Virus record (IMG/VR): IMGVR_UViG_3300025132_008118 | Direction: 5' to 3' (one strand) | Length of the DNA: 64,000 bases | From: a virus | Shown: positions 48,961 to 57,836 of the stretch, piece after piece | Numbering within the stretch: position 1 is the stretch's first letter | Layout: each line of letters begins with the position of its first letter | Translations under genes and position numbers: made by a program | Notes under the pieces: model-generated | The model's database searches: none | The model's input: the letters and a program-made list of their open reading frames with translations, nothing else | Told to the model about the DNA's origin: nothing

Positions 48961-49232
48961 TTCTTTTTCCAAATTTTACCTTTTCGGCATCTAACGATTG
49001 CACCTGATTTATAAGCTGAAGTCTTCTTACCATAAACGCTATCAGCTTTTCTTTTGCATCTATCTTGAGCATCTTCTTCAGATGCGTTTTTAGCTTTTTC
49101 TAATTTTTTCTTAAGCATTTCGACGTATTTATTACCACCATACTCTTTAACTCTTTTAGGGTCAGGGTTAGCAATTAAAGCTTCAAGACTTTTTATTTCT
49201 GATTGTTCATAAAATATTTTAAATGTTTTCAT
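48957..49232 (-). CDS. Small basic phage protein
   Basis: MKTFKIFYE start; DRCKRKA...SAYKSGAIVRCR. Confidence 0.6.
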   Translation of the reverse strand: MKTFKIFYEQSEIKSLEALIANPDPKRVKEYGGNKYVEMLKKKLEKAKNASEEDAQDRCKRKADSVYGKKTSAYKSGAIVRCRKGKIWKKK

Positions 49233-49238
49233 AATAAA

Positions 49239-49559
49239 TTACCATTTTCTGCAAGACCAATATCTTGCTTTTGTTTTAGGGCCTGGGTTATCGCAATTAT
49301 GTCTAGCTCTGAAAGATTTACGAGCTTTAGGGTTACTCTTTCTAATTTTCATAGTTTTTTCACCGCGTCTTTTAGCTGATGTACCACCATGTCCAAAATT
49401 AACTTTTCTTACATTACCTGACTTAGGGTCTTTTACATATACTTTAAATTTTTTAACGTCTCCTCGAGTTGGTTTATTAAGAGTTACTTTTCTACCCCTA
49501 TATTCAGCATCTTCTTCGAATGCCTCCATAAAAGAAGAGTATAGTTTATCGAATGTCAT
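49239..49559 (-). CDS. Small basic phage protein
   Basis: KKFKVYVKDP, VNFG, SFRARHNCD, ARYWSC; TAAATA-N5-ATG. Confidence 0.65.
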   Translation of the reverse strand: MTFDKLYSSFMEAFEEDAEYRGRKVTLNKPTRGDVKKFKVYVKDPKSGNVRKVNFGHGGTSAKRRGEKTMKIRKSNPKARKSFRARHNCDNPGPKTKARYWSCRKW

Positions 49560-49582
49560 GTAATTATTTATTAAATATTAAT
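49560..49582. promoter_or_regulatory. Back-to-back late-type promoters
   Basis: TATTTA 49565-49570 and TAAATA 49572-49577, each 5 nt from a divergent ATG (49559, 49583). Confidence 0.65.
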
Positions 49583-50134
49583 ATGGATAATGAATCTAAT
49601 CTAATATTTGAACAATATAAATCATTAAATGAAATGATTGGCTTAGGACCAATGGTTGGTAAAATGGTAAATGTACCTGGTCCAGGTTCACAAAATACTG
49701 CTTCAAAGGTAGTGGTGCTAAAGATTGGTGATAAAGAAGGTCCATCAGATTGCGAAGATGCAGAGAAAGAAGAAGAAACAGTTTATATTCAGGCTGGTGA
49801 GCAAGATGGGTGTGAAAGTGATTGCGGTTGTAATGACTGTGATACCGATGATTACGATGGGGAATTAGATATGGCAAGATCTGAATTACTTAAAGCTGCT
49901 GATTATGCAACTAAGTTATTTAACCATATGGAAAATTTAGAGAATTTAGAAGGTTGGACAGCTTCTAAAATTACAAAAGCTGCTGATTACCTATCATCAG
50001 TATATCATGCTTTAGAATATGATAAGTTAGATGCTGATGTTGAAGATGAGCAAGATCCCGATGATGATAGAGTAGAAGTTGACGAATTAGATGATACACA
50101 AACCGCTAAAAATACCGGTTTTGCAGGAGCTTAA
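49583..50134 (+). CDS. Acidic hypothetical protein (start reassigned to MDNES)
   Basis: MARSEL...LEGWTASKITKAADYLSSVYH; TAAATA-N5-ATG. Confidence 0.55.
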   Translation: MDNESNLIFEQYKSLNEMIGLGPMVGKMVNVPGPGSQNTASKVVVLKIGDKEGPSDCEDAEKEEETVYIQAGEQDGCESDCGCNDCDTDDYDGELDMARSELLKAADYATKLFNHMENLENLEGWTASKITKAADYLSSVYHALEYDKLDADVEDEQDPDDDRVEVDELDDTQTAKNTGFAGA

Positions 50135-52128
50135 ATTAGCTTATTATCAAATATTCTTTTTACCTCTTCATCCATTGAACCGTATAGGTCTTGAATAAGG
50201 TCTCTTCTACCTTGGTCGTCTGAATTTTTATATAATTCTCTTATTTGAGACGCACTTCTAATATCTTTACCAAGTATACTAAAGTCCATAGTAGGTAAAG
50301 TTGCAATATAACCGTGTTTATCACCACTATCTAATTTTTTGGACTTATCATATGGTTGAAAGTAACTTGGCGTACCATCTTTCTTTAAACCAAATTTAAA
50401 GCGGGGTTTATCACCTTCCATATCTTTTTCTGAAACAGCAAATATAACTTTAGTTTTATCTAAATCATATCTTTCAGTTATTTCTTTAGCTAAATATGGG
50501 TTGGCTGTCATTTCAACAAATTGTGGATCGATACCAGCACTTTGTATCATTTTTTTCTTTTCCTCAAATTCAAATGGTGAATTTGTATCATTAGTTTTAC
50601 CAGATGTTGAAATAAATACATCTGCAGTAGGAAACTGCTGTTTTAATTTATCGTAAACTGATGCATGACCTTTATGAAATGGGTGAAATCTTCCTGGATA
50701 TATAACTACTGTTTTAGTTAAATCTTCAGCATCTTCAAATTCATTTAACATTTTATACATCTCATTAAAAGATCCAATTTTTTTACTTCCTGTTGGATGC
50801 GTTTGTAATCTTGTGCCCTCTCCTCTATTGAATACCGGTGGGTTACTAATATATGATTCTTGATTTTCTGGAGACGTCGGTTTACCAGTACCAAAATTAG
50901 CACGGCTAAACTCTTCTCTATCTACCATTTTAGTAATTTCTGCACCAGCTGCAGTAACTTTCGATAAAGCAAAACCTTCTGGGGCAGTTGTTTGCCAATT
51001 ATTAGGACTTTCTTCAAGATATGTACCTAATAGATCATTTTTAGTTATTTCATTAAAGATTTTAATTAAATTATTCTTTAAATTAGCAATAATTTTAGTA
51101 ATTTCAAAAGCATTTTTAATAGAAGGTTTAAGTTTTTGAAGTGACTTTAATGTTGTTTTCATTTGCTCTTGCTTCTTAGCTTTACCTTTTTCACTTTTAA
51201 GTCTTTCTAGTTCTTTAATAAACCTATTACTAATATAATTAACATACTCTTCAGTTGACATCGATGTATCTTCTAGGAATCTACCTGATCTAATTTCAGA
51301 ATTAATATAAGATTTAAGAGTACCAGTATAATCATCTAATGAACTGAAATCTACCTTATCAGCTAATTTAAGAAGTTGTTTCTTTTTAGTTTTAACATCT
51401 TTTAAAAGTAACTTACTAAAAGATGACTTACTATTTTTTGGTTTGTTTGCTAATACATTGAAAACAAATACCGTATTAGATGGTGAAAATTCATCCGTTG
51501 AAGAAGTATATTTTTTAACTTTTAATATACCATTTTGTACCATATATTCAATATGAACTGCAACACCTATCTTTGATCTGGCTATTTGATCACCGTAAGG
51601 GCTATTTTCAGTAACAGCATACTTAATAGTATTGGGTGTAAAGGTTAAAAATTTATTTTCATTTTTAACACCATCTATAGTTTCAGGCGTTTCAAATACT
51701 TTCATTTGTGGATCAAACATATAATCCATTTGATATATACCTTTAAGATTTAAAGATGGTAAATACCGTAAAGCTAATTTTAATTTGTCTGCTAAACCAC
51801 CTGTTCCATGATTTTCAGTAATATCTTCTTCAGTATAGTTGATTTTAGGATTTTTAGCAAAAGCTGATTTACTAGCTACAAAAAATTTATTATTAGTATC
51901 AACACCTGCAACGATAGCAGGTGCACCATCAAACTTAGTAGATATTTTATAATCAGATTCATCAACGAAATATGATATAGAAGATTCGATTTGGTTAATA
52001 GCTTCTATAACACCTTGCTTACCTTTATTAAGTATATTTTCTTCTAAATGGTCAATATGCTTAACTGCTCCATCGATTGCATCGAAGAATTCTAATATTA
52101 CTTTATGGTGTTGTTTAAAATTTATCAT
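50131..52128 (-). CDS. Ligase-like nucleotidyltransferase domain (DUF6267-like) fused to HxGH cytidylyltransferase-like domain
   Basis: N-terminal HIDHLEE, TKFDGAP (KxDG), PEGF, KMVDR; C-terminal YPGRFHPFHKGH, IRSASQIR. Confidence 0.75.
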   Translation of the reverse strand: MINFKQHHKVILEFFDAIDGAVKHIDHLEENILNKGKQGVIEAINQIESSISYFVDESDYKISTKFDGAPAIVAGVDTNNKFFVASKSAFAKNPKINYTEEDITENHGTGGLADKLKLALRYLPSLNLKGIYQMDYMFDPQMKVFETPETIDGVKNENKFLTFTPNTIKYAVTENSPYGDQIARSKIGVAVHIEYMVQNGILKVKKYTSSTDEFSPSNTVFVFNVLANKPKNSKSSFSKLLLKDVKTKKKQLLKLADKVDFSSLDDYTGTLKSYINSEIRSGRFLEDTSMSTEEYVNYISNRFIKELERLKSEKGKAKKQEQMKTTLKSLQKLKPSIKNAFEITKIIANLKNNLIKIFNEITKNDLLGTYLEESPNNWQTTAPEGFALSKVTAAGAEITKMVDREEFSRANFGTGKPTSPENQESYISNPPVFNRGEGTRLQTHPTGSKKIGSFNEMYKMLNEFEDAEDLTKTVVIYPGRFHPFHKGHASVYDKLKQQFPTADVFISTSGKTNDTNSPFEFEEKKKMIQSAGIDPQFVEMTANPYLAKEITERYDLDKTKVIFAVSEKDMEGDKPRFKFGLKKDGTPSYFQPYDKSKKLDSGDKHGYIATLPTMDFSILGKDIRSASQIRELYKNSDDQGRRDLIQDLYGSMDEEVKRIFDNKLI

Positions 52129-53204
52129 GATACCTTTAAATCTAATTTAAATTTAGCTTTAACATTACTTCCTGGGTAACCTATATATACCCCTTCACCG
52201 TCAAAATCAAAAGCAATAAAATTATCATTAATAGCATTTAAAATATTTGCATAATTAGTAACGTTTAGATAACGAGCCTTATCAAAAGTACCAGTATCCA
52301 TAAATTCACCTGCTTTTCTTGAAAATCCTTTTTGGTAAACAAATAATACAACATCAAAACCTTCGTTACCATATTCATTTAATATTATACCTGCAAAATG
52401 CTGCATTCGTTGGTTAGGATCCGTTATTTTTTGATTAATAAACTGTTGTAAAATAGAATTATTAGCAAAAGCTTTTTTCATTACATCTCCAGTAAATTTA
52501 GCTTCTTGTAAATCTTCTACAGATAGATCAGGTTTAACTGCTAACTCTTCAAGTTTATTTTTATCATTTTTAAACCCTCCGCCTCTGGCACTAATAATTC
52601 TACCTTTACCTACTTTCAATTCAACGTTTAAACCGCTTGGAGTTTTTAAATCTCCGACATCACCTTTAAAACATTCAGTAAATAAGCTTAGTAATAACTC
52701 TCCATCTCCTACACTAACGTTACCTTCTGAAAAACTTTTTACAAATAACGAATTATAAAACTGTTCAAGTTTTTCAGGTGTTTCTCCAGATAATATTTTT
52801 CGTAAAACAGGAAAAACAGCTTCATGTAAACTTAATTCCCCTTGAGAACCACCTATTTGACTGGTAATACTATTTATTTTTTGTTTAATTTGAGATAATA
52901 TTTCTACTTCACCGTAATTTACATCAAAGTCTCCTAAAAAATTCTTTATATAACGTGTTTGATTAGCGAATCCAGATTGCTCTACTAATTTTTCAATTGA
53001 TTTATCACCTTCTTTTTTAATTATATTAACTATTTTTCTATAATCTTTATCATCAACAGAACCTACTAATTCATACCCATCACCTTCACTTCTGAATAGA
53101 TTAACGTCTTCAAAAAATAAATTTACCTTTTGCCGGGGTAATTTGTCTACTTTTTTATTAGCAGATTCATTTAAATATACTTGATCTAAGGATTTCCAGC
53201 TCAT
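52125..53204 (-). CDS. Hypothetical protein with possible PD-(D/E)XK-like motif
   Basis: GDGELLL...GDVGD...VELK. Confidence 0.45.
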   Translation of the reverse strand: MSWKSLDQVYLNESANKKVDKLPRQKVNLFFEDVNLFRSEGDGYELVGSVDDKDYRKIVNIIKKEGDKSIEKLVEQSGFANQTRYIKNFLGDFDVNYGEVEILSQIKQKINSITSQIGGSQGELSLHEAVFPVLRKILSGETPEKLEQFYNSLFVKSFSEGNVSVGDGELLLSLFTECFKGDVGDLKTPSGLNVELKVGKGRIISARGGGFKNDKNKLEELAVKPDLSVEDLQEAKFTGDVMKKAFANNSILQQFINQKITDPNQRMQHFAGIILNEYGNEGFDVVLFVYQKGFSRKAGEFMDTGTFDKARYLNVTNYANILNAINDNFIAFDFDGEGVYIGYPGSNVKAKFKLDLKVS

Positions 53205-53500
53205 GTTTCAACATCAATATCTTGTGAATATTTTTTCATTATATTAATAAGAGATGTTAATGATTCTTTTGCGTTAGTTTCATTAATATCTGCTAATAGA
53301 CCAATTTCATCAATATCACTAGGTTCTATTTTAGTAACTAATGCCTTTTTAATTAATCTTACAAGCAAAACTTCACCTTCTGGAGACAATTGTTCAATTT
53401 GCGGTTCTGTTACAGGAGCTTCAACTGGATCTTCAGCTGGTACTTCCATTGTTTCATCTTGTTCTAATACTTTATTATATTGTTTAAGAAATTTTTTCAT
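53201..53500 (-). CDS. Hypothetical protein
   Basis: 99 aa; N-terminus MKKFLKQYNKVLE. Confidence 0.5.
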   Translation of the reverse strand: MKKFLKQYNKVLEQDETMEVPAEDPVEAPVTEPQIEQLSPEGEVLLVRLIKKALVTKIEPSDIDEIGLLADINETNAKESLTSLINIMKKYSQDIDVET

Positions 53501-53513
53501 TTTTGTTTATACC

Positions 53514-54149
53514 TTATTGTTTACGTAAACCCTTTTCTGCCTTCTTTAATAAACCAGCTAAAGTAACATAAGTTTTATCTAATGCTTTACCTAAAGCTTT
53601 TTCCCCGGCCTGAACACTAAAAAATCTTTCTTTCGGTAAAATTCCTAATTTTTGAATAGCTTTAACTGTATTTAAACCTGCTTTTACATCAGGGTCGATA
53701 CCTCGTTTCATTTCATTATCTTCTATTTCAACACCAATATAGCTAACTAATTCATTAGGAATATATTCACCATTTACTATACGACCGTAATTACCATTAG
53801 AATAAAATTCTATAACATCACGAAAAGTACTTTGTTTAGGTCTCATACCGTTCCTGTCTTTAAAATCGTCTGAATAATTCGAAGCCATTTCAGGATCTAT
53901 TAAATATGCTGATCCATCAATACCAAATTTTTCTAATGCTTTATTCTTTATGTCTTCGTACTTCTTTAATGCTACTAAATGAGATTCTTTATCTTGTTTA
54001 TGTATAGCGTCAAAAATTTCAGGTATAAGAGCTACCATTTGATCAGCAAACTCATGATCATTCGATGATTTATCTTCCATTTCGTTGTTTTCGTTTGCTC
54101 TAAATTGCTTTCTTAGCATTTCATTAGCCAGTTGGTTAAATTTATCCAT
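53514..54149 (-). CDS. Hypothetical protein
   Basis: 211 aa; TAAATA-N5-ATG. Confidence 0.5.
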   Translation of the reverse strand: MDKFNQLANEMLRKQFRANENNEMEDKSSNDHEFADQMVALIPEIFDAIHKQDKESHLVALKKYEDIKNKALEKFGIDGSAYLIDPEMASNYSDDFKDRNGMRPKQSTFRDVIEFYSNGNYGRIVNGEYIPNELVSYIGVEIEDNEMKRGIDPDVKAGLNTVKAIQKLGILPKERFFSVQAGEKALGKALDKTYVTLAGLLKKAEKGLRKQ

Positions 54150-54157
54150 ATTATTAT

Positions 54158-54718
54158 TTATCTAATTAGAAGTAGTTTTGTAGATAGTCTATTAAAGTAA
54201 TCTTTATTTAAGAATGTTAATTCGTAACGTTTTGTAAATTTCTTTACACCTGAAAAGGTATACTTACTAATATCCATATTATTAATCTTGCTTATCATTG
54301 AATTAATAGTAGTTTGAGCTTTACCGTCATTAATCTCTATAAGATGATCAAGATATACTATTGAATATTTACTAATAAATATTTTTAAAGGTAATATTCT
54401 ATCTACCCTACGAAGAAAATTAGTGAAAAAGGTTAAAATATCACTTTCTTTATAGTATTTTGTTAATTCGCAGTCATCCAACTGAGTATTATTAAAGTAT
54501 ATAATAGACTTTGACTTACAATTAAGTAACTTTTGACATATATTGTATATAGTATAGTGATATATAAACTTTTTAACCTGTAGATTGTTAATGCTCTTTT
54601 CTAGTAAATTAAATTCATGTAAAGAATTAATTACTTGAGGCTGTATATCGTTTATTAATAACTCATTAAAGTCAATTATAGTAAAATCATAGTTTTCTAT
54701 ATGCAAATCAGCCATCAT
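54158..54718 (-). CDS. Hypothetical protein (start probably MMADL)
   Basis: ORF coupled to the GIY-YIG gene stop; TIIDFNE weakly resembles a PIN/5' nuclease start. Confidence 0.45.
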   Translation of the reverse strand: MMADLHIENYDFTIIDFNELLINDIQPQVINSLHEFNLLEKSINNLQVKKFIYHYTIYNICQKLLNCKSKSIIYFNNTQLDDCELTKYYKESDILTFFTNFLRRVDRILPLKIFISKYSIVYLDHLIEINDGKAQTTINSMISKINNMDISKYTFSGVKKFTKRYELTFLNKDYFNRLSTKLLLIR

Positions 54719-55142
54719 CACCTTTATTATAGTACTGTTCCAAAAACAATTTAGGAGCTTTACCAATTCTACAGTTTATAATACCATTATAATAATCTTC
54801 ACTTAATAATACATCCATTTCAAACTGCATTTTAGCTTCAAAATATGATAATTCAAATTTACTATTGCAAAATTTTAATATTTTAAATATAAATTTATCT
54901 AAACCGAGTGAAGCTATATCATTATTAAGAGCATCAGATGAACCGGTATATGTTTTCCAATCACTTTCAATGAAATCAATACGTTTACGTTTTTTACCTT
55001 TTAATGGTTTACGTTTTATTTTACGAACCATTTGTTTTTTACCGATATATTTTTTATCATTAACAGTATTGGTAATTTCATATATAAAACCGAAAGCGTC
55101 TTCCGGTATCGGTTTACATACTTCCCATATACCCGTATCCAT
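54708..55142 (-). CDS. GIY-YIG family endonuclease
   Basis: FGFIYEITNTVNDKKYIGKK, YTGSS, E...Q, YYN. Confidence 0.85.
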   Translation of the reverse strand: MDTGIWEVCKPIPEDAFGFIYEITNTVNDKKYIGKKQMVRKIKRKPLKGKKRKRIDFIESDWKTYTGSSDALNNDIASLGLDKFIFKILKFCNSKFELSYFEAKMQFEMDVLLSEDYYNGIINCRIGKAPKLFLEQYYNKGDDG

Positions 55143-55150
55143 TAAGATAT

Positions 55151-55504
55151 TTACTTCTTATTCTTCTTTTTTCTAGTTTTTCTTTTTTTCTTACCTACTT
55201 TACCGTTTCTAGAATACATTGCACCTAAAGCTACCGGTTTTCTATAATCACCTTCTGCATATTTATCTATACCAGGTGTACCACTAACTGTAGTTCCGTA
55301 ACCTGCAGCTGCTGCAGAACCTAAAGCACCACCACCGACAGTATTTTCATCTTCTTCACCTACTTTTTTTCTACCTTCTTTTTTAGACGATTCTTTTTTC
55401 TTATCTTTATGGACTCTAGTCTTTGAACCCATTAACCCTTGTCTATTTTTTCTTACATTCAAGGACCTTTCGAAAGCTTTTTCAAATAAAGTTGTTTTCT
55501 TCAT
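55151..55504 (-). CDS. Basic hypothetical protein
   Basis: K/R-rich; TATAAATA 5 nt upstream of ATG. Confidence 0.5.
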   Translation of the reverse strand: MKKTTLFEKAFERSLNVRKNRQGLMGSKTRVHKDKKKESSKKEGRKKVGEEDENTVGGGALGSAAAAGYGTTVSGTPGIDKYAEGDYRKPVALGAMYSRNGKVGKKKRKTRKKKNKK

Positions 55505-55509
55505 AATAG

Positions 55510-55519
55510 TATTTATAAT
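55510..55519. promoter_or_regulatory. Overlapping divergent promoters at the main strand switch
   Basis: Minus strand TATAAATA (55510-55517) N5 before ATG 55504; plus strand TTGTTT-N16-TATAAT (55514-55519) N6 before GTG 55526. Confidence 0.65.
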
Positions 55520-55525
55520 TAATAG

Positions 55526-55921
55526 GTGAGTTTATTAGATCAATACATAGATGAAATAGAAAAAGATTTACAAATTAATGAATTCAATTTGAAAGATTCT
55601 TCAATGAAGGCACCAGCTCGTAAGCATTATTGGGTTTCTAAGTTAATAAGACATAAACAAAATCTATTAAAACTTAGAATACTTAGAGATTCGATTAAAA
55701 AAGAAATAGTAGGTAAAATTGTAGAAGAAAGTCCAGTTAAGATAACTATACCTGTTGCAGAAAAAGCAAGTTATAAACATGATAAAATGAAAGAAATATC
55801 TGAAAAAATAAGTAATGAGGAATTACTTATTGAATTTTTAGAAAAAACAGAAAAGACTTTTAGTACAGTGGGTTTTGATATAAAAAATATTATTGAAATA
55901 ATGAAAATGGAACAATTATAA
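55526..55921 (+). CDS. uvsY: Recombination mediator UvsY-like
   Basis: 131 aa helical protein directly upstream of uvsW; FLEK..K.F...GFDIKNIIE C-terminus. Confidence 0.65.
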   Translation: MSLLDQYIDEIEKDLQINEFNLKDSSMKAPARKHYWVSKLIRHKQNLLKLRILRDSIKKEIVGKIVEESPVKITIPVAEKASYKHDKMKEISEKISNEELLIEFLEKTEKTFSTVGFDIKNIIEIMKMEQL

Positions 55922-57339
55922 TGAAATTTGAATTAGCTAAAGATAAAATTAGATTAATAACTGATGATTTAGATAATATACGGGAACATTTTAGTGTTAA
56001 AGATGAAACAGCTCGTTTTAGAATGAGAGGTAGAGCAAGGTTTTATTCTAACCCTCGTATATATGGTATAACACCGACTGGTCTTTTTGAACCTGGGTTA
56101 TTTTTTGATATTTTAAGTTACATAAAACAAGAATATCCCAATACTGATTACCAAATAGACCAAGATATTTTACCTATAGTTAAACCTGTATATAAAGAAG
56201 AAAGAGCATATGATAATTTAAAGTTTCCATTAAGAGATTACCAATTAGATTCGGTAAAAGAAGCATTAAAATTTGGAAGAGGTATTATAAAACTCGGTAC
56301 TGGTGGTGGTAAAACATTAACTATTGCTTCATTGTTGATGAGTCTTTATTCTAATAATCCTAAAATAAAAATTTTAATATTGGTACCAGATCTTGGCCTA
56401 GTCAATCAAACTTATAATGATTTTATAGAATATAATGTATTATTTAAATTTACAAGATGGACCGGTAAAATAAAACCAGATTTAACTGCTAACTGTATTA
56501 TTGCTAATAGAGGTATATTACAGAGTCAATTCGATGATAATGATTGGATAAAATATATAGATGTTTTAGTAGTCGATGAATGTCATACTATTAAAAAATC
56601 AAATAAAGTAAGTAAGATGGTTAATAAAATACATACTTTTAATAAGTTTGGTTTAACCGGTACTTTACCAGATGATAAACCAGAGCAATGGAATGTCATT
56701 GGTAAATTGGGTAAAGTCATATACGATAAGGACAGCTATGAACTTAGGTTAGAGAGCTATCTAACTAACGTAGACATTAAGGTCGTTAACATAGGTTATA
56801 AAGATAAACCTCTCGTTGTTAGTGGTGATAATAATTTTAAAGCAGAACTAGATTTTATATATACTAATAATTTTAGAAATAATATTATCAAAAATATATG
56901 TACTAAATTTAATAACAACTCTCTTATATTGGTTAACCATTTAGCTCATGGGGATGCATTATATGACAACTTAACTTTAATTGAAAATAAAAAGGTATTT
57001 TTTGTTAAGGGTGAAGTCGAGGTTGAAGAAAGAGATAAAATTAAAAGGATAATGGAAACTAATAATGATGTTATTTGTATTGCAATGAGTTCTATTTTCA
57101 GCACCGGTGTTAATATTAAAAATATACATATGATTATGTTTGCTTCAGGTGGTAAGAGTTTTATTAGAACGATTCAATCAATCGGAAGAGGTTTAAGATT
57201 GCATGAAAGCAAAGATAAACTTATTATTATAGATCTTGCTGATAAATTAAAATACGGTACGCGTCATTCTGACAAACGTAAAGAAATATATAATACAGAA
57301 AAAATTAATTATAATATAACAGAGATAGTTGAAAAATAG
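55921..57339 (+). CDS. uvsW: UvsW DNA helicase
   Basis: LRDYQ, GTGGGKT, VDECH, GLTGT, STGVNI, QSIGRGLR. Confidence 0.92.
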   Translation: MKFELAKDKIRLITDDLDNIREHFSVKDETARFRMRGRARFYSNPRIYGITPTGLFEPGLFFDILSYIKQEYPNTDYQIDQDILPIVKPVYKEERAYDNLKFPLRDYQLDSVKEALKFGRGIIKLGTGGGKTLTIASLLMSLYSNNPKIKILILVPDLGLVNQTYNDFIEYNVLFKFTRWTGKIKPDLTANCIIANRGILQSQFDDNDWIKYIDVLVVDECHTIKKSNKVSKMVNKIHTFNKFGLTGTLPDDKPEQWNVIGKLGKVIYDKDSYELRLESYLTNVDIKVVNIGYKDKPLVVSGDNNFKAELDFIYTNNFRNNIIKNICTKFNNNSLILVNHLAHGDALYDNLTLIENKKVFFVKGEVEVEERDKIKRIMETNNDVICIAMSSIFSTGVNIKNIHMIMFASGGKSFIRTIQSIGRGLRLHESKDKLIIIDLADKLKYGTRHSDKRKEIYNTEKINYNITEIVEK

Positions 57340-57362
57340 TATTTATACACTATAATTAGGCT
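57329..57362 (+). promoter_or_regulatory. Sigma70-like promoter of the gp55-like gene
   Basis: TTGAAA-N16-TATAAT-N6-ATG. Confidence 0.6.
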
Positions 57363-57836
57363 ATGGCTAATACTAAAAAAACTACTGGTAAGCGTAGAGG
57401 TCCTAAACCAAAAAAGACTGAATACTATGTAGATCCACGCGAATTAAAAGCTGAACTAGTTGCATATTATGAATGTGAAGATTGTACACCTGCATTAGGT
57501 GATATGATCCATAAAATTGCACACGGTTTAAGTTATTCATCTAATTTTATTAATTATACATATCGCGATGAGATGGTAGGAGATGCTTTAGTTAAAATGT
57601 ATACTGCTGTTACTAATAAAAAATTTGATATCGAATCTGACTATAACCCATTTTCATATTTTACCACTATTGCATTTCATGCTTTTATTAATAGAATTAA
57701 AAAAGAAAAAAAGCATGCTGAAACTTTAAGTCAATATAAAGAAAAAATTTATGAGCAGGAAATGTTAGATTCAATGGATGGTAGAGTATATGTTAAACCA
57801 TCATACGATGATGAAGATACAGATCCGAATGAATAA
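57363..57836 (+). CDS. T4 gp55-like sigma factor for late transcription
   Basis: FINYTYRDEMVGDA, NPFSYFTTIAFHAFINRIKKEKK. Confidence 0.92.
   Translation: MANTKKTTGKRRGPKPKKTEYYVDPRELKAELVAYYECEDCTPALGDMIHKIAHGLSYSSNFINYTYRDEMVGDALVKMYTAVTNKKFDIESDYNPFSYFTTIAFHAFINRIKKEKKHAETLSQYKEKIYEQEMLDSMDGRVYVKPSYDDEDTDPNE

Noticed and set aside
54708-55142. GIY-YIG gene as a mobile homing endonuclease
   Set aside because: Only 144 aa with no C-terminal DNA-binding modules and no host intron; more consistent with a resident T4 EndoII-like nuclease.
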